NCBI GenBank assembly: GCA_963800325.1
Contig: CAWDAQ010000002.1
Location: 228,638-292,637, forward strand
DNA: 64,000 nucleotides
Source of the DNA: an uncultured Actinomycetota bacterium
GTDB lineage: Bacteria > Actinomycetota > Actinomycetes > Actinomycetales > Dermatophilaceae
Direction: 5' to 3'
Position 1 is the stretch's first letter; every line of letters starts with the position of its first letter. Both the position numbers and the translations under genes were made by a program. Below, piece by piece: positions 1 to 9,988 of the stretch. The notes under the pieces were generated by a model. The model had not been told where the DNA came from. It ran no database searches and was given only the letters and a program-made list of their open reading frames with translations.

Positions 1-15
1 CGGGCGCGGACCGGC

Positions 16-807
16 CTACAGCGTGACGGCGACGAGCGTCCCGTTCCCGGCGGAGGGGTCGAAGCCCTCACCCCAGGTGTTGGCCGTGACGTAGAGGACG
101 CCGTCCCCGAGGGCGCAGGCGAAGGCCCCGCGGTCCAGCTGCACGGTCCGGCGGCGCGCACCGCCCGCCGCGATCTCGACGCACTGCCCGGTCGCCACGT
201 CGGCGTACCAGACCGTGCCCTCCGGGGTGACGCAGATGCCGTCGGGGTGGTGACCCGGGGTCTGCGCCCACGGCCGTCCTCGGTCGAGGGTGCCGCCCGG
301 TCCGACGTCGAAGGCGGTGATGCGCTCGCCGTAGGACTCGGCGACGAGCAGGGTGTCGCCGAGGAGCGCCATGCCGTTGGGGAACATCACGCCGGTGGCG
401 GCCTCGTGCGCCCGTCCGGGCCCGGTCACCGCGGCGACGACGCCGGGTCGGGGCTCCTCGCCGTCCATGAAGTCGAAGCCGACGGAGTTGACGTACACCG
501 TCCCGTCGCGGCCGACCGTGATGTCGTTGAAGTCGTGCGGGGCCACCCCGGACAGGTCCGCGTACGGGACCAGCACGCCGCCGTCGAGCACCCGCAGCTC
601 CCTGCCGTGGACGACGAGCAGCCGCCCGTCCGGGAGGAAGTCGATGCACATCGGGAACGAGGACCCGGTGGCGACGACCTCGTCGACGCCGTCGGGGGAG
701 ACGGCGTGGACCCGACCCGCCGCCCAGTCGGAGAAGTACAGCCGTCCGTCGTGCCAGCGCGGTGACTCGGGGAACCCCAGTCCGCCGACGAGGATGCGTG
801 TGTCCAT
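16..807 (-). CDS. SMP-30/gluconolactonase/LRE-family beta-propeller protein
   Basis: 263-aa ORF with repeated propeller-blade-like motifs (GFPESPRW, GRDGTVYV, PDGICVTPEGTVWYAD). GC3-rich coding frame. Confidence 0.8.
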   Translation of the reverse strand: MDTRILVGGLGFPESPRWHDGRLYFSDWAAGRVHAVSPDGVDEVVATGSSFPMCIDFLPDGRLLVVHGRELRVLDGGVLVPYADLSGVAPHDFNDITVGRDGTVYVNSVGFDFMDGEEPRPGVVAAVTGPGRAHEAATGVMFPNGMALLGDTLLVAESYGERITAFDVGPGGTLDRGRPWAQTPGHHPDGICVTPEGTVWYADVATGQCVEIAAGGARRRTVQLDRGAFACALGDGVLYVTANTWGEGFDPSAGNGTLVAVTL

Positions 808-962
808 GCCGGTGCAGACTCGGCGGGGCGCCGGTCCTCATCGGTCCCCGTACCCCGCTGGTCCCACCCCGTTCGCGAGTCGGCCGCAGTAGGCTCGGAC
901 CCACGACGAACCCGGCCACGACGTCCGTGCCCAGTGCCGGGGTCGGCACCGATGGAGGGCGA

Positions 963-1523
963 ATGGCCAGCGACACCCGGTCGACCGAGCAGGCTCGGGT
1001 CGCGTTCTCCGGCGAGCTCTCCCGCATCGACGACACGGTGCTCGTGCGGCTGCCGGAGGACGCCAGCCGGCGGCTGCCCTCGCGCGGTCAGGTCGCCGCC
1101 CACGCCTCGCTGGACGGGCACGAGTTCGACACGGTGGTCGAGCCGGACGGCCGGCGGGGGCACTGGGTCCGCGTCGACGACGCGCTCCGGCGGGCCGCCG
1201 GTCTTGCTCCGGGCGACACCGCCGAGATCAGCCTCGCGGTGGCCGCCGAGTGGCCGGAGCCCGAGGTCCCCGACGACCTCGCGGCGGCCCTGTCCGAGGC
1301 CCCCGAGCGCATCCGGGAGGTGTGGGACGACATCACCCCCATGGCCCGGTGGGAGTGGGTCCGCTGGGTGGGCGCGACCCGCAGCACGCAGACGCGGCGG
1401 CGCCGGGTCGAGGTGAGCATCTCGAAGATCGACGGCGGGAAGCGCCGCCCGTGCTGCTTCGACCTGTCCTCGTGCACCGACCCCGAGCTCGCACGGAGCG
1501 GGAAGCTGCGCGATGCCGAGTAG
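963..1523 (+). CDS. DUF1905 plus YdeI/OmpD-associated domain protein
   Basis: Internal ATG at 963 follows a GGAGGG Shine-Dalgarno sequence. The product (MASDTRS...RLPSRGQV...ARWEWVRWV...RRRRVE) resembles DUF1905 and YdeI families. The upstream part of the ORF is Arg/Pro-rich junk. Confidence 0.75.
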   Translation: MASDTRSTEQARVAFSGELSRIDDTVLVRLPEDASRRLPSRGQVAAHASLDGHEFDTVVEPDGRRGHWVRVDDALRRAAGLAPGDTAEISLAVAAEWPEPEVPDDLAAALSEAPERIREVWDDITPMARWEWVRWVGATRSTQTRRRRVEVSISKIDGGKRRPCCFDLSSCTDPELARSGKLRDAE

Positions 1524-1526
1524 GGG

Positions 1527-1557
1527 TTGAACGTGACCGTGCGTCACCTCCTAGCGT
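1527..1557 (+). promoter_or_regulatory. MerR-type promoter: TTGAAC-N19-TAGCGT with a GTGAC-N5-GTCAC dyad in the spacer
   Basis: The -35-like TTGAAC is at 1527-1532 and the 19-nt spacer contains a perfect 5-bp dyad (1533-1547). The -10 TAGCGT is at 1552-1557, 7 nt before GTG 1565. Confidence 0.5.
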
Positions 1558-1564
1558 GACGTGC

Positions 1565-2365
1565 GTGGACACGATCCAGCCCGGGCACGGCCCCACGTGG
1601 CGGGTCGGCCGGCTGGCCGACCTGAGCGGGGTCACCGTGCGCACGCTGCAGCACTACGACCGGGTGGGCCTGCTGCGCCCCGCGGGCCAGAGCGCCGGCG
1701 GGCACCGGCTCTACGACGGCGACAACGTCGTCAGGCTCTACCGCATCCTGGCGCTGCGCCGGCTCCGGTTCAGCGTCGCCGAGATCCGCTCCCTGCTCGA
1801 CGACCCGGAGTGGGACCTCGCCTCGATGGTGGCCCGCCACGCCGAGGAGACCGACCGCGGGGTGGTCGCGGCCACGCGCCTGCGCGCGCACCTGCGCGTC
1901 ATCGCCGGCGAGATCGCCCGGTCCGGCGACGCCTCGCCCGAGACGCTGTTCATGATCCTGGAGGAGATGAGCATGCTCGACACCCCGATCCGCAGCACCA
2001 CGACCCTGCTGGTCTACGACGACCTGCCCGCAGCCCACGCCTACCTCGTCGCCACCTTCGGCCTCACCCCGGGGGAGCTCGAGCGCGACCCCGGGGGCCG
2101 GGCCGTGCACGGCGAGCTGTTCGCCGGTGACCAGGCGATCTGGCTGCACCCCAGCGGCGAGGACTACCGGTCCCCCCGGCGGCTCGGCGGGGTCAGCAGC
2201 ATGGTCGTCGTCGCGGTCGACGACGCGGACGCGCACTTCGCCTATGCCCGCGAGCACGGCGCCGACGTCCTCACCTCCCCGGTGGACCAGCCCTACGGGG
2301 TGCGCGAGTACGGCGCGCGGGACCTCGAGGGGCACCTCTGGTACTTCCACGGTCCGCTCGACTGA
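1565..2365 (+). CDS. MerR-family transcriptional regulator fused to a VOC/glyoxalase-like domain
   Basis: N-terminal HTH (WRVGRLADLSGVTVRTLQHYDRVGLL...GHRLY) and C-terminal VOC-like domain (GELFAGDQAIWLHP...YGVREYGARDLEGHLWYF). The GTG start was chosen from the -10 spacing. Confidence 0.8.
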   Translation: MDTIQPGHGPTWRVGRLADLSGVTVRTLQHYDRVGLLRPAGQSAGGHRLYDGDNVVRLYRILALRRLRFSVAEIRSLLDDPEWDLASMVARHAEETDRGVVAATRLRAHLRVIAGEIARSGDASPETLFMILEEMSMLDTPIRSTTTLLVYDDLPAAHAYLVATFGLTPGELERDPGGRAVHGELFAGDQAIWLHPSGEDYRSPRRLGGVSSMVVVAVDDADAHFAYAREHGADVLTSPVDQPYGVREYGARDLEGHLWYFHGPLD

Positions 2366-2593
2366 CCGGCGGTCGCCGGCGGCGCGGACGTCGTCGACCG
2401 CGACGCCGGGGTGCACCGCGCCCACCGCGCGCGTGAACCGGCGCGACCTCGCGCTCGCGGGACGGTTCCGGTGGCCGGGGTGCGCCGCTGGTAACAACCC
2501 GGTCCCGGCACGCGCCGAACCGGCCGTGGAAGGGGCGTCGCGGCGATATGCTCCGAACGATCGGAACCCCTGAAAGACCTGCGGGAGGTGGGT

Positions 2594-3937
2594 GTGCGCA
2601 GTCGTCTGGGGGCGGCCCTGCTGGGCTGTCTCGTGCTGCTGCTTCTCGTGCCCGGCGTCGCCTCGGCCGACGGTGAGGCGATCAAGGGGACCCTCCGCAG
2701 CGCTGCCGGCGACCCCGTCAAGGGTGCGACGTTCACGGTCACCGAGGGCGGGTCGACGGTCGGCACCGCGACGACCGCCAAGGACGGCGCCTGGCAGGTC
2801 GACGTCCCCGGCCCCGGCTCCTACACGGTGAAGATCGACGTCGCCTCGCTCCCGAACGGGATGAAGCCCCGCACCGTCGGCGGCGAGACCCTCACGGGGG
2901 TCGTCGTCCGCCCGGGACAGGCGAGGACGGTGATCTTCCCGCTCGTGCCGAAGGGCACCCCGCAGCAGGGGGCGACCCCGTCCGCGACGTCGTCGTCGAC
3001 GGCGACCTCCTCCTCCGGGGGCGGCGGACCGCCCGAGTCCGGCGGCACCTCGTTCCTCAGCCGGTTCCTCCAGCTGTTCGTCGAGGGCATCAAGCTCGGC
3101 GCGATCATCGCGATCACCGCGGTCGGCCTCTCCCTCGTCTTCGGTACCACCCGGCTGATCAACTTCGCGCACGGCGAGCTCGTCACCATCGGCGCGATGA
3201 CGGCGTACTTCTTCTCCGTCAGTCCGGTGCGCCTGCCGCTGGTCCTCGCGACCGTGCTCGCCGTGGCCGTCGGCGCCCTCGCCGGCGGGGCCATGGAGCG
3301 CGGTCTGTGGCGGCCGCTGCGCCGCCGGGGAGCCGGCCTGATCCAGATGTTCATCGTCTCGATCGGCCTGTCGCTGCTGCTGCGCCACCTGCTCCTGGTC
3401 CTGTTCGGGTCCCGCCGCGACACCTATCGCGAGTTCACCGTCCAGAAGGACCTCGACCTCGGCCCGATCACGATCGCCCCCCGGGACCTCGTCGTCACCC
3501 TGCTGTCGGGCCTGGTGATCCTCGGGGTCGCGTACATGCTCCAGCGCACCCGCATCGGGAAGGCCATGCGCGCGGTCGCGGACAACCGGGACCTCGCCGA
3601 GTCCTCGGGGATCGACGTCGACCGGGTCGTGCTCGTCGTCTGGCTCGTCGGCGGAGGCCTCGCCGCGCTCGGCGGGGTGTTCTACGGGCTCACGCAGGCC
3701 GTGTACTGGGACATGGGGTTCAACCTGCTGCTGCTCATGTTCGCCGGGGTCATCCTCGGCGGCCTCGGCAGCGCGTACGGCGCCGTCGTCGGCAGCCTCG
3801 TCGTCGGGCTCGTCGCCCAGCTGTCGACGCTGTGGTTCCCCACCGAGCTGCAGAACGCGTGGGCGCTGCTCGCGCTCATCCTCGTCCTCCTCGTCCGGCC
3901 GCAGGGCATCCTCGGACAGGCCGAGCGGGCGGGCTGA
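2594..3937 (+). CDS. livH: Branched-chain amino acid ABC permease (LivH type) with an N-terminal signal peptide and a secreted Ig-like domain
   Basis: GGGAGG lies 5 nt before GTG 2594 (alternative GTG at 2588). A signal peptide (LLGCLVLLLLVPGVASA) is followed by a carboxypeptidase-regulatory-like beta domain, a Ser/Thr/Gly linker and then the LivH core (LINFAHGEL...). Confidence 0.85.
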   Translation: MRSRLGAALLGCLVLLLLVPGVASADGEAIKGTLRSAAGDPVKGATFTVTEGGSTVGTATTAKDGAWQVDVPGPGSYTVKIDVASLPNGMKPRTVGGETLTGVVVRPGQARTVIFPLVPKGTPQQGATPSATSSSTATSSSGGGGPPESGGTSFLSRFLQLFVEGIKLGAIIAITAVGLSLVFGTTRLINFAHGELVTIGAMTAYFFSVSPVRLPLVLATVLAVAVGALAGGAMERGLWRPLRRRGAGLIQMFIVSIGLSLLLRHLLLVLFGSRRDTYREFTVQKDLDLGPITIAPRDLVVTLLSGLVILGVAYMLQRTRIGKAMRAVADNRDLAESSGIDVDRVVLVVWLVGGGLAALGGVFYGLTQAVYWDMGFNLLLLMFAGVILGGLGSAYGAVVGSLVVGLVAQLSTLWFPTELQNAWALLALILVLLVRPQGILGQAERAG

Positions 3938-3952
3938 GGAGGGAGGAGAGGC

Positions 3953-4945
3953 ATGGACTGGCTGGGGATCCTCGGGAACGCCGTCCGGGGCATGTTCGGA
4001 CCGGAGGCGGCGATCTACGCGCTCGCCGCGATCGGGCTCAACGTGCACTTCGGCTACACCGGCCTGCTCAACTTCGGGCAGGTGGCGTTCATGCTCGTCG
4101 GCGCCTACGGCGTCGCCGTGGGGGTCGCGACGTTCGGGTGGTCGCTGTGGGCGGGAGTGGCGCTCGGCATCGCCTGCTCGGTCGTCCTCGCGCTCGTCCT
4201 CGGCATCCCGACTCTGCGGTTGCGCGGGGACTACCTCGCGATCGCGACGATCGCCGCCGGGGAGGTGCTGCGGTACTTCTACCGCAGCAGCTACCTCGAG
4301 CCGCTCACCGGCGGGGTGTACGGGCTGCGTCAGTTCGCCGACGGGTTCTTCGAGGCCAGCCCCTTCCCACCCGCCCAGTACGGGTTCGGCCAGATCTTCT
4401 TCGACTCCCGCTCCCTGTGGGTGATGATCGTCGGGTGGGCCCTGGTCGCCCTCGCCTGCGTCCTCGTCGCGCTGCTCATCCACAGCCCGTGGGGCCGGGT
4501 GCTCCGGTCGGTCCGGGAGGACGAGCTCGCCGCCCGCAGCCTCGGCAAGAACGTCTACGGGTTCAAGGTGCAGAGCCTCGTCCTCGGCGGGGTCCTCGGG
4601 GCGGTCGCCGGCGCGCTGCTCGCGATCAACGTCCAGTCCGTCCAGCCGGACAGCTACAACCCCGTCGTGACGTTCTACCTCTACACGATCGTCATCCTCG
4701 GCGGCGCCGGGCGGGTCCTCGGCCCGGTCCTCGGGTCGGTGATCTTCTGGTTCCTCGTCACCTTCCTCGACGCCTTCCTCCGGGACGCCACCTCGAGCGG
4801 GCTCATCCCGTCGAGCATCCTCGCCGGAGGCGACGTCGGGGCGGTGCGGTTCGCGTTCGTCGGACTGTTCCTCATCGTCCTCATGGTCTTCCGGCCCGCC
4901 GGCATCCTCGGCGACACGAGGGAGATGCGTCTCGATGTCCGCTGA
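3953..4945 (+). CDS. livM: Branched-chain amino acid ABC permease (LivM type)
   Basis: 330-aa polytopic membrane protein (GYTGLLNFGQVAFMLVGAYG) with a strong SD sequence (GGAGGGAGGAG). Its end overlaps the livG start. Confidence 0.9.
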   Translation: MDWLGILGNAVRGMFGPEAAIYALAAIGLNVHFGYTGLLNFGQVAFMLVGAYGVAVGVATFGWSLWAGVALGIACSVVLALVLGIPTLRLRGDYLAIATIAAGEVLRYFYRSSYLEPLTGGVYGLRQFADGFFEASPFPPAQYGFGQIFFDSRSLWVMIVGWALVALACVLVALLIHSPWGRVLRSVREDELAARSLGKNVYGFKVQSLVLGGVLGAVAGALLAINVQSVQPDSYNPVVTFYLYTIVILGGAGRVLGPVLGSVIFWFLVTFLDAFLRDATSSGLIPSSILAGGDVGAVRFAFVGLFLIVLMVFRPAGILGDTREMRLDVR

Positions 4946-5907
4946 GACCCCCGGGGTCGGCGGCGCCGCCGCGCTCGTCGGCGTGCCGCCCGAGCCCGGC
5001 GTCGCCAAGCCCGACCCCATCTTCGTCGCCGACGACGTCGTCCGCCGGTTCGGCGGTCTCCACGCCGTCGACGTCGACCACATCGAGGTCCAGCGCGGGA
5101 CGATCACCTCGCTCATCGGCCCGAACGGCGCCGGGAAGTCGACGTTCTTCAACCTCGTGTCCGGCTTCGACACCCCGAACTCGGGCACGTGGTCCTTCCA
5201 GGGCGAGCAGATCTCCGGACAGTCGGCCTACCGGATCGCCCGGCGCGGCATGGTCCGCACGTTCCAGCTCACCAAGGCCCTCACCCGGCTCACGGCGCGC
5301 GAGAACCTCATGCTCGGGGCCACCGACCAGCTGGGGGAGCGGTTCGTGCCCGCCGTGCTCCGCCTGCCCTGGCGTCGCCAGGAGCAGGACGTCGGTGCCC
5401 GGGCGGACGAGCTGCTCGAGCGGTTCAACCTCTCCCACATGCGCGACGAGTTCGCCGGGACGATGTCCGGTGGCCAGCGCAAGCTGCTCGAGATGGCCCG
5501 GGCGCTCATGGTGCGCCCGACGATGGTCATGCTCGACGAGCCGATGGCGGGGGTGAACCCGGCGCTGACCCAGTCCCTGCTCGGCCACATCCAGGCCCTG
5601 CGGGACGAGGGGATGACCATCGTCCTCGTCGAGCACGACATGGACGTCGTCATGGGCATCAGCGACTGGGTCGCGTGCTTCGCCGAGGGGCGCCTGATCG
5701 CCGAGGGCCGTCCGGACGACATCCGCCGCGACGAGCACGTCATCGAGGCCTACCTCGGCACCTCGCGGGCCCTGCCCGCCGAGCAGCAGGCCGGGCAGCA
5801 GGAGACGGCCGAGCCGGAGACCGCCGAGCCGGAGACCGCCCAGCGGGACGAGACCGTGAGCGAGACCCACCGGCAGCAGGACGTCGAGAGCACGCAGGAG
5901 GAGCGCG

Positions 5908-5915
<8 letters not shown>
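4935..5915 (+). CDS. livG: ABC transporter ATP-binding protein (LivG type) with an acidic repeat tail
   Basis: Walker A (GPNGAGKST), signature (MSGGQRKLLE) and Walker B (MVMLDEP). The C-terminal ETAEPETAEPETAQ tail is encoded by a short tandem repeat. Confidence 0.9.
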
Positions 5916-6681
<766 letters not shown>

Positions 6682-6756
6682 GGCCCCCACCCGGCCAGAG
6701 GCCGTCCGTCGGGGCCGTCGCGGGGGGGGGCACGCACCGAAGGTCCGTCCCGCACC

Positions 6757-6790
6757 GAAGGGGGCGCCCCGTCGTGGTGGCGCCCCCTTC
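6757..6790. terminator. 12-bp perfect hairpin between convergent livF and the binding-protein gene
   Basis: GAAGGGGGCGCC (6757-6768) pairs with GGCGCCCCCTTC (6779-6790) across a 10-nt loop. There is no U-tract. Confidence 0.45.
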
Positions 6791-6869
6791 GTGCTCGTGA
6801 GGGGTGCTCCCGCGGCCCCCGCCGTCCTCGGCGAGGTCCCCTGCCGGGGCCGCGGGAGACGTCACCCCG

Positions 6870-8156
6870 TCACTGGACCGGCTGGGCCTTCTGCGTCGAG
6901 AGGGTCTTCAGCTTGCCGTTCTTGTCGAACCCGTACACCTCGATCGTCGCCGAGCCGGGCTCACCCGCCGCGGTGAAGTCGAGCGGGCCGCTCGCACCGT
7001 CGTAGTCGATGTTCTTGCCGTCGTCGATGAGCTTCTTGCAGTCGGCGTAGGTCGTGCACTTCTCCCCGTCCTTGGTGAGCCCGACGACCTCGTCCTTGAA
7101 CACGTTCGCGTCGGTGGACTTGGCCTGCTCGGCGGCCAGGGCCATGAGGTTGACGCAGTCGAACACCTGGGGCGCGAACTGGGTCTCCTGCAGCTTCGGG
7201 GCGAACGCCTTGAGGTCCTTGACGAACTTCGGGTTGTCCGCCGAGGCCGGGGCGGTGCCCTTCATCCCGTCGAGCACCCCCGGGTTGGAGGGGTCGACCA
7301 GCTTGGCGAGGTCGGTGTTGCGCAGGCCGTCCGCGCCGTACAGGCCCACCTTCGGCGGGTTCAGGCCCGCCTCGATGAGGCCCTTGAGGATCTGCTTGCC
7401 CTCCTCGAACGCGATGACGACGACCGCGTCGGGCTTGGCGGCGACGACCTTCTGCACGACGCTGTCGTAGTTGGTCGCCTTGGGGTCGTAGGTCTCCTTG
7501 ACGGCCACCGTCGCGCCGCTGTTCTCCAGGGACGACGCGGTCGCGTCCTCCAGGCCCTTGCCGTAGTCGTCGGCGCGGGCGACGAGGGCGACCTTGCTGT
7601 GACCGTCGCCGACGACGACGTCGGCGAGGACCGGTCCCTGCAGGGCGTCGGACGGGGCGGTGCGGAAGTACAGCCCGTTGTCCTTGTAGTCGGTGAACGT
7701 CGGCGCCGTGTTCGACCCGGAGCACTCGGCCACCCCGGCGCCGGTGATCTTGTCGATGATCGCCAGCGACATCCCCGAGGCCGCGGCCCCGATGACGGCG
7801 TTGACGCCGGAGCTGAGGACGCGGTCGGCCGACTGCGACGCGATCGCCTGGTCGTTCGCCTCGTCGCCCCCGACGACGGTCGGGACGTCGTTGCCGAGGA
7901 CGCCGCCGGCCTTGTTGATCTCGCTGACGGCGTACTTCGTCGCCTGGATCTGCGGCGGACCGAGGAAGGCGAGGTCGCCGGTCTCCGGCAGGACGTACCC
8001 GAGCTTGAACGTGCCCGTCGCGCTGCTGCCCGAGCCGCCGGAACTGCTCTCGGAGCTGCTCCCGCCGCCCCCGCTGTCGCTGCTGCCGCAGGCGGCAACC
8101 AGCATCACCGCCGCGGTCGTGATCCCGACCGCCGTCGCGCGTGCCCTCACTCGCAT
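6870..8156 (-). CDS. ABC transporter substrate-binding lipoprotein (Leu/Ile/Val-binding type)
   Basis: Internal ATG at 8156 has a GAGGGAG SD sequence. A lipobox (VMLVAACGSS) and Ser/Gly linker precede a type-I periplasmic binding fold (FKLGYVLPETGDLAFLG). The N-terminal 236 aa of the tracked ORF were rejected. Confidence 0.85.
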   Translation of the reverse strand: MRVRARATAVGITTAAVMLVAACGSSDSGGGGSSSESSSGGSGSSATGTFKLGYVLPETGDLAFLGPPQIQATKYAVSEINKAGGVLGNDVPTVVGGDEANDQAIASQSADRVLSSGVNAVIGAAASGMSLAIIDKITGAGVAECSGSNTAPTFTDYKDNGLYFRTAPSDALQGPVLADVVVGDGHSKVALVARADDYGKGLEDATASSLENSGATVAVKETYDPKATNYDSVVQKVVAAKPDAVVVIAFEEGKQILKGLIEAGLNPPKVGLYGADGLRNTDLAKLVDPSNPGVLDGMKGTAPASADNPKFVKDLKAFAPKLQETQFAPQVFDCVNLMALAAEQAKSTDANVFKDEVVGLTKDGEKCTTYADCKKLIDDGKNIDYDGASGPLDFTAAGEPGSATIEVYGFDKNGKLKTLSTQKAQPVQ

Positions 8157-8323
8157 GTCCACTCCCTCGTGTGACAGGTGCCGCCGCGGTGCCCCGGTCC
8201 GTCCACGACGGCCGCCCCGCTCCCGCGTCCAGCAGATGATGCGCGGAACGCTAGCACCGCTCGGGACCGCCGGAGGGGGAGTTGATCGAGACGTGACCGG
8301 CCCGATACCGGGCCGTCGCTGCG

Positions 8324-8329
8324 TAGGGT
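8324..8329 (+). promoter_or_regulatory. -10 box TAGGGT for a leaderless lrp-type gene
   Basis: The TANNNT hexamer ends 7 nt before GTG 8337. Confidence 0.4.
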
Positions 8330-8336
8330 GTGCCCC

Positions 8337-8759
8337 GTGGAAGACGTCGATCGCCGCCTCGTGGACCTCCTCCGTGCGGACGGGAGGACCAGCTACACCG
8401 ACCTCGGTCGGGCCATGGGCCTGTCGACGTCCGCGGTCCACCAGCGGGTGCGCCGCCTCGAGGAGCGGGGGGTCATCACCGGGTACACCGCACGGATCGA
8501 CCACGAGGCCGTCGGCCTCCCCCTGACCGCGTTCATCTCGGTGGCGCCGTTCGACCCCTCGGCGCCGGACGACGTGCCCGAGCGGCTGCGGGGGGTCCCC
8601 GAGATCGAGGCCTGCTACTCGGTCGCCGGTGACGAGAACTACATCCTCAAGGTGCGGGTGGGCGCGCCGCGCGACCTCGAGGACCTGCTCGCCCGCATCC
8701 GGGCCGCGGCGAGCGTGTCCACCCGCACGACGATCGTGCTCTCCACGCCCTGGGAATGA
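8337..8759 (+). CDS. Lrp/AsnC-family transcriptional regulator
   Basis: HTH (RTSYTDLGRAMGLSTSAVHQRVRRLEERGVI) followed by a RAM/ligand domain. GTG 8337 is preferred over 8328 because the -10 box overlaps 8328. Confidence 0.85.
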   Translation: MEDVDRRLVDLLRADGRTSYTDLGRAMGLSTSAVHQRVRRLEERGVITGYTARIDHEAVGLPLTAFISVAPFDPSAPDDVPERLRGVPEIEACYSVAGDENYILKVRVGAPRDLEDLLARIRAAASVSTRTTIVLSTPWE

Positions 8760-8787
8760 GCGGGCCGAGGGTGAGCGGGCCTCGGGG

Positions 8788-9282
8788 TCAGCGGGCGATC
8801 GGCGCGGTCGTCGCCCCCGTGACGGCCACGAGGTCGGCGGGGGAGAGACCGACGTCGAGCCCACGCCGACCCCCGGAGACGTAGACCACGGGGTGGCTCG
8901 CGGCGGCGGCGTCGAGCACGGTCGGCAGGCGCCGGCGCTGGCCGACGGGGGAGATGCCGCCGCGGACGTACCCGGTCACCCGCTCGGCGGCCCCCGGGTC
9001 GGCCATGGTGGCCCGCTTGACCCCGAGGGCGGCGGCGACCGCCTTGAGGTCGAGCGAGGAGGACACCGGCACGACGCCGACGGCGAGGCCGTCGCCGGTG
9101 TCGACGACGAGCGTCTTCAGCACCCGCTCCGCCGGCACCCCGAGCGCCTCGGCGGCCTCGGCGCCGAACGACGGCGCCGCCGGGTCGTGCTCGTAGTCGT
9201 GCAGCGAGAACTCGACCCCGGCCCGGACGAGCGCCAGCGTGGCCGGGGTCGCCGCCGAGCCGGTCCGCCGCCGGGACACCAC
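8788..9282 (-). CDS. ybaK: Cys-tRNA(Pro)/Cys-tRNA(Cys) deacylase, YbaK family
   Basis: 164 aa with YbaK-like features (HDYEHDP...VLKTLVV...GYVRGGISPVG). Confidence 0.8.
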   Translation of the reverse strand: MVSRRRTGSAATPATLALVRAGVEFSLHDYEHDPAAPSFGAEAAEALGVPAERVLKTLVVDTGDGLAVGVVPVSSSLDLKAVAAALGVKRATMADPGAAERVTGYVRGGISPVGQRRRLPTVLDAAAASHPVVYVSGGRRGLDVGLSPADLVAVTGATTAPIAR

Positions 9283-9317
9283 GGGGGGCGGGCGTCAGCG
9301 CCGGGGAACGGGCCCGC

Positions 9318-9905
9318 TCAGCGGGAGCCGACCTTGTCGACCAGCCGCCAGGTCGCGGGCAGCAGGCCTGCGGCGACCGCGATCTTGACCGCGTCCCCGA
9401 CGAGGAACGGGACCACGCCGAGGGCGAGCCCCTCCCGCAGGCCGACGCCGAGGAACCCCATGAGCCACGGGAGCCCGCACGCGTAGATGACGAGGTTGCC
9501 GAGCACCATCGTCCCGGCGGTGCTCAGCACCGCGCGGTCGGCGCCGCGCCGCGCGAGGGCGCCGACGAGCCCGGCGGCGAGGACGAAGCCGATGATGTAG
9601 CCGAACGAGGCGAACTGCCACCCGGCGCCGTGCTGGGCGAACCACGGGAGACCGGCGACACCGGCCGCGAGGTAGATCCCGGCGCTGGCCATGCCACGGA
9701 CGGGGCCCAGCGACGCGCCGACGAGCAGCGCGGCGAGGGTGCCGAGGCTGATGGGCACCGGGGTGAACGGCAGCGGCACGGCAACCTGGCCGAGCACGCC
9801 CATGACGGCGGCGCCGCCGAGGACGAGGGTGACGTCGCGGGCGAGGCCCCCCGGGACCACGTCGGCCAGGACGCGGCGGCGGGGGGAGAGTGCGGTGGCG
9901 GTCAT
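9318..9905 (-). CDS. bioY: Biotin transporter BioY (solitary S component)
   Basis: Membrane protein with BioY-like motifs (PFTPVPISLGTLAALLVG, GYIIGFVLAA, PFLVGDAVK). ATG 9905 was chosen because TACGGT lies 7 nt upstream (alternative GTG at 9914). Confidence 0.85.
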   Translation of the reverse strand: MTATALSPRRRVLADVVPGGLARDVTLVLGGAAVMGVLGQVAVPLPFTPVPISLGTLAALLVGASLGPVRGMASAGIYLAAGVAGLPWFAQHGAGWQFASFGYIIGFVLAAGLVGALARRGADRAVLSTAGTMVLGNLVIYACGLPWLMGFLGVGLREGLALGVVPFLVGDAVKIAVAAGLLPATWRLVDKVGSR

Positions 9906-9912
9906 GGCCGAC

Positions 9913-9940
9913 ACCGTACCGGTCCCGGGAGGGAAGGCAA
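9913..9940 (-). promoter_or_regulatory. bioY promoter TTGCCT-N16-TACGGT (leaderless)
   Basis: On the minus strand the -35-like TTGCCT is at 9940-9935 and the -10 TACGGT is at 9918-9913, 7 nt before ATG 9905. Confidence 0.45.
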
Positions 9941-9988
9941 CGGGTCGACCGGCAGCCGAAACACCGGCGCGGCCGCCGTCCGCGCCCG

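Noticed and set aside
1544-5188. 1214-aa ORF on the minus strand spanning the merR and livHM region
   Set aside because: It is antisense to several genes with clear family motifs. Its product is Arg/Asp/Glu/Gly/Pro-rich and low-complexity, which is typical of open shadow frames in very GC-rich DNA.
8328-8336. GTG 8328 as the lrp start
   Set aside because: It lies inside the TAGGGT -10 box. GTG 8337 gives the usual Lrp N-terminus and correct leaderless spacing.
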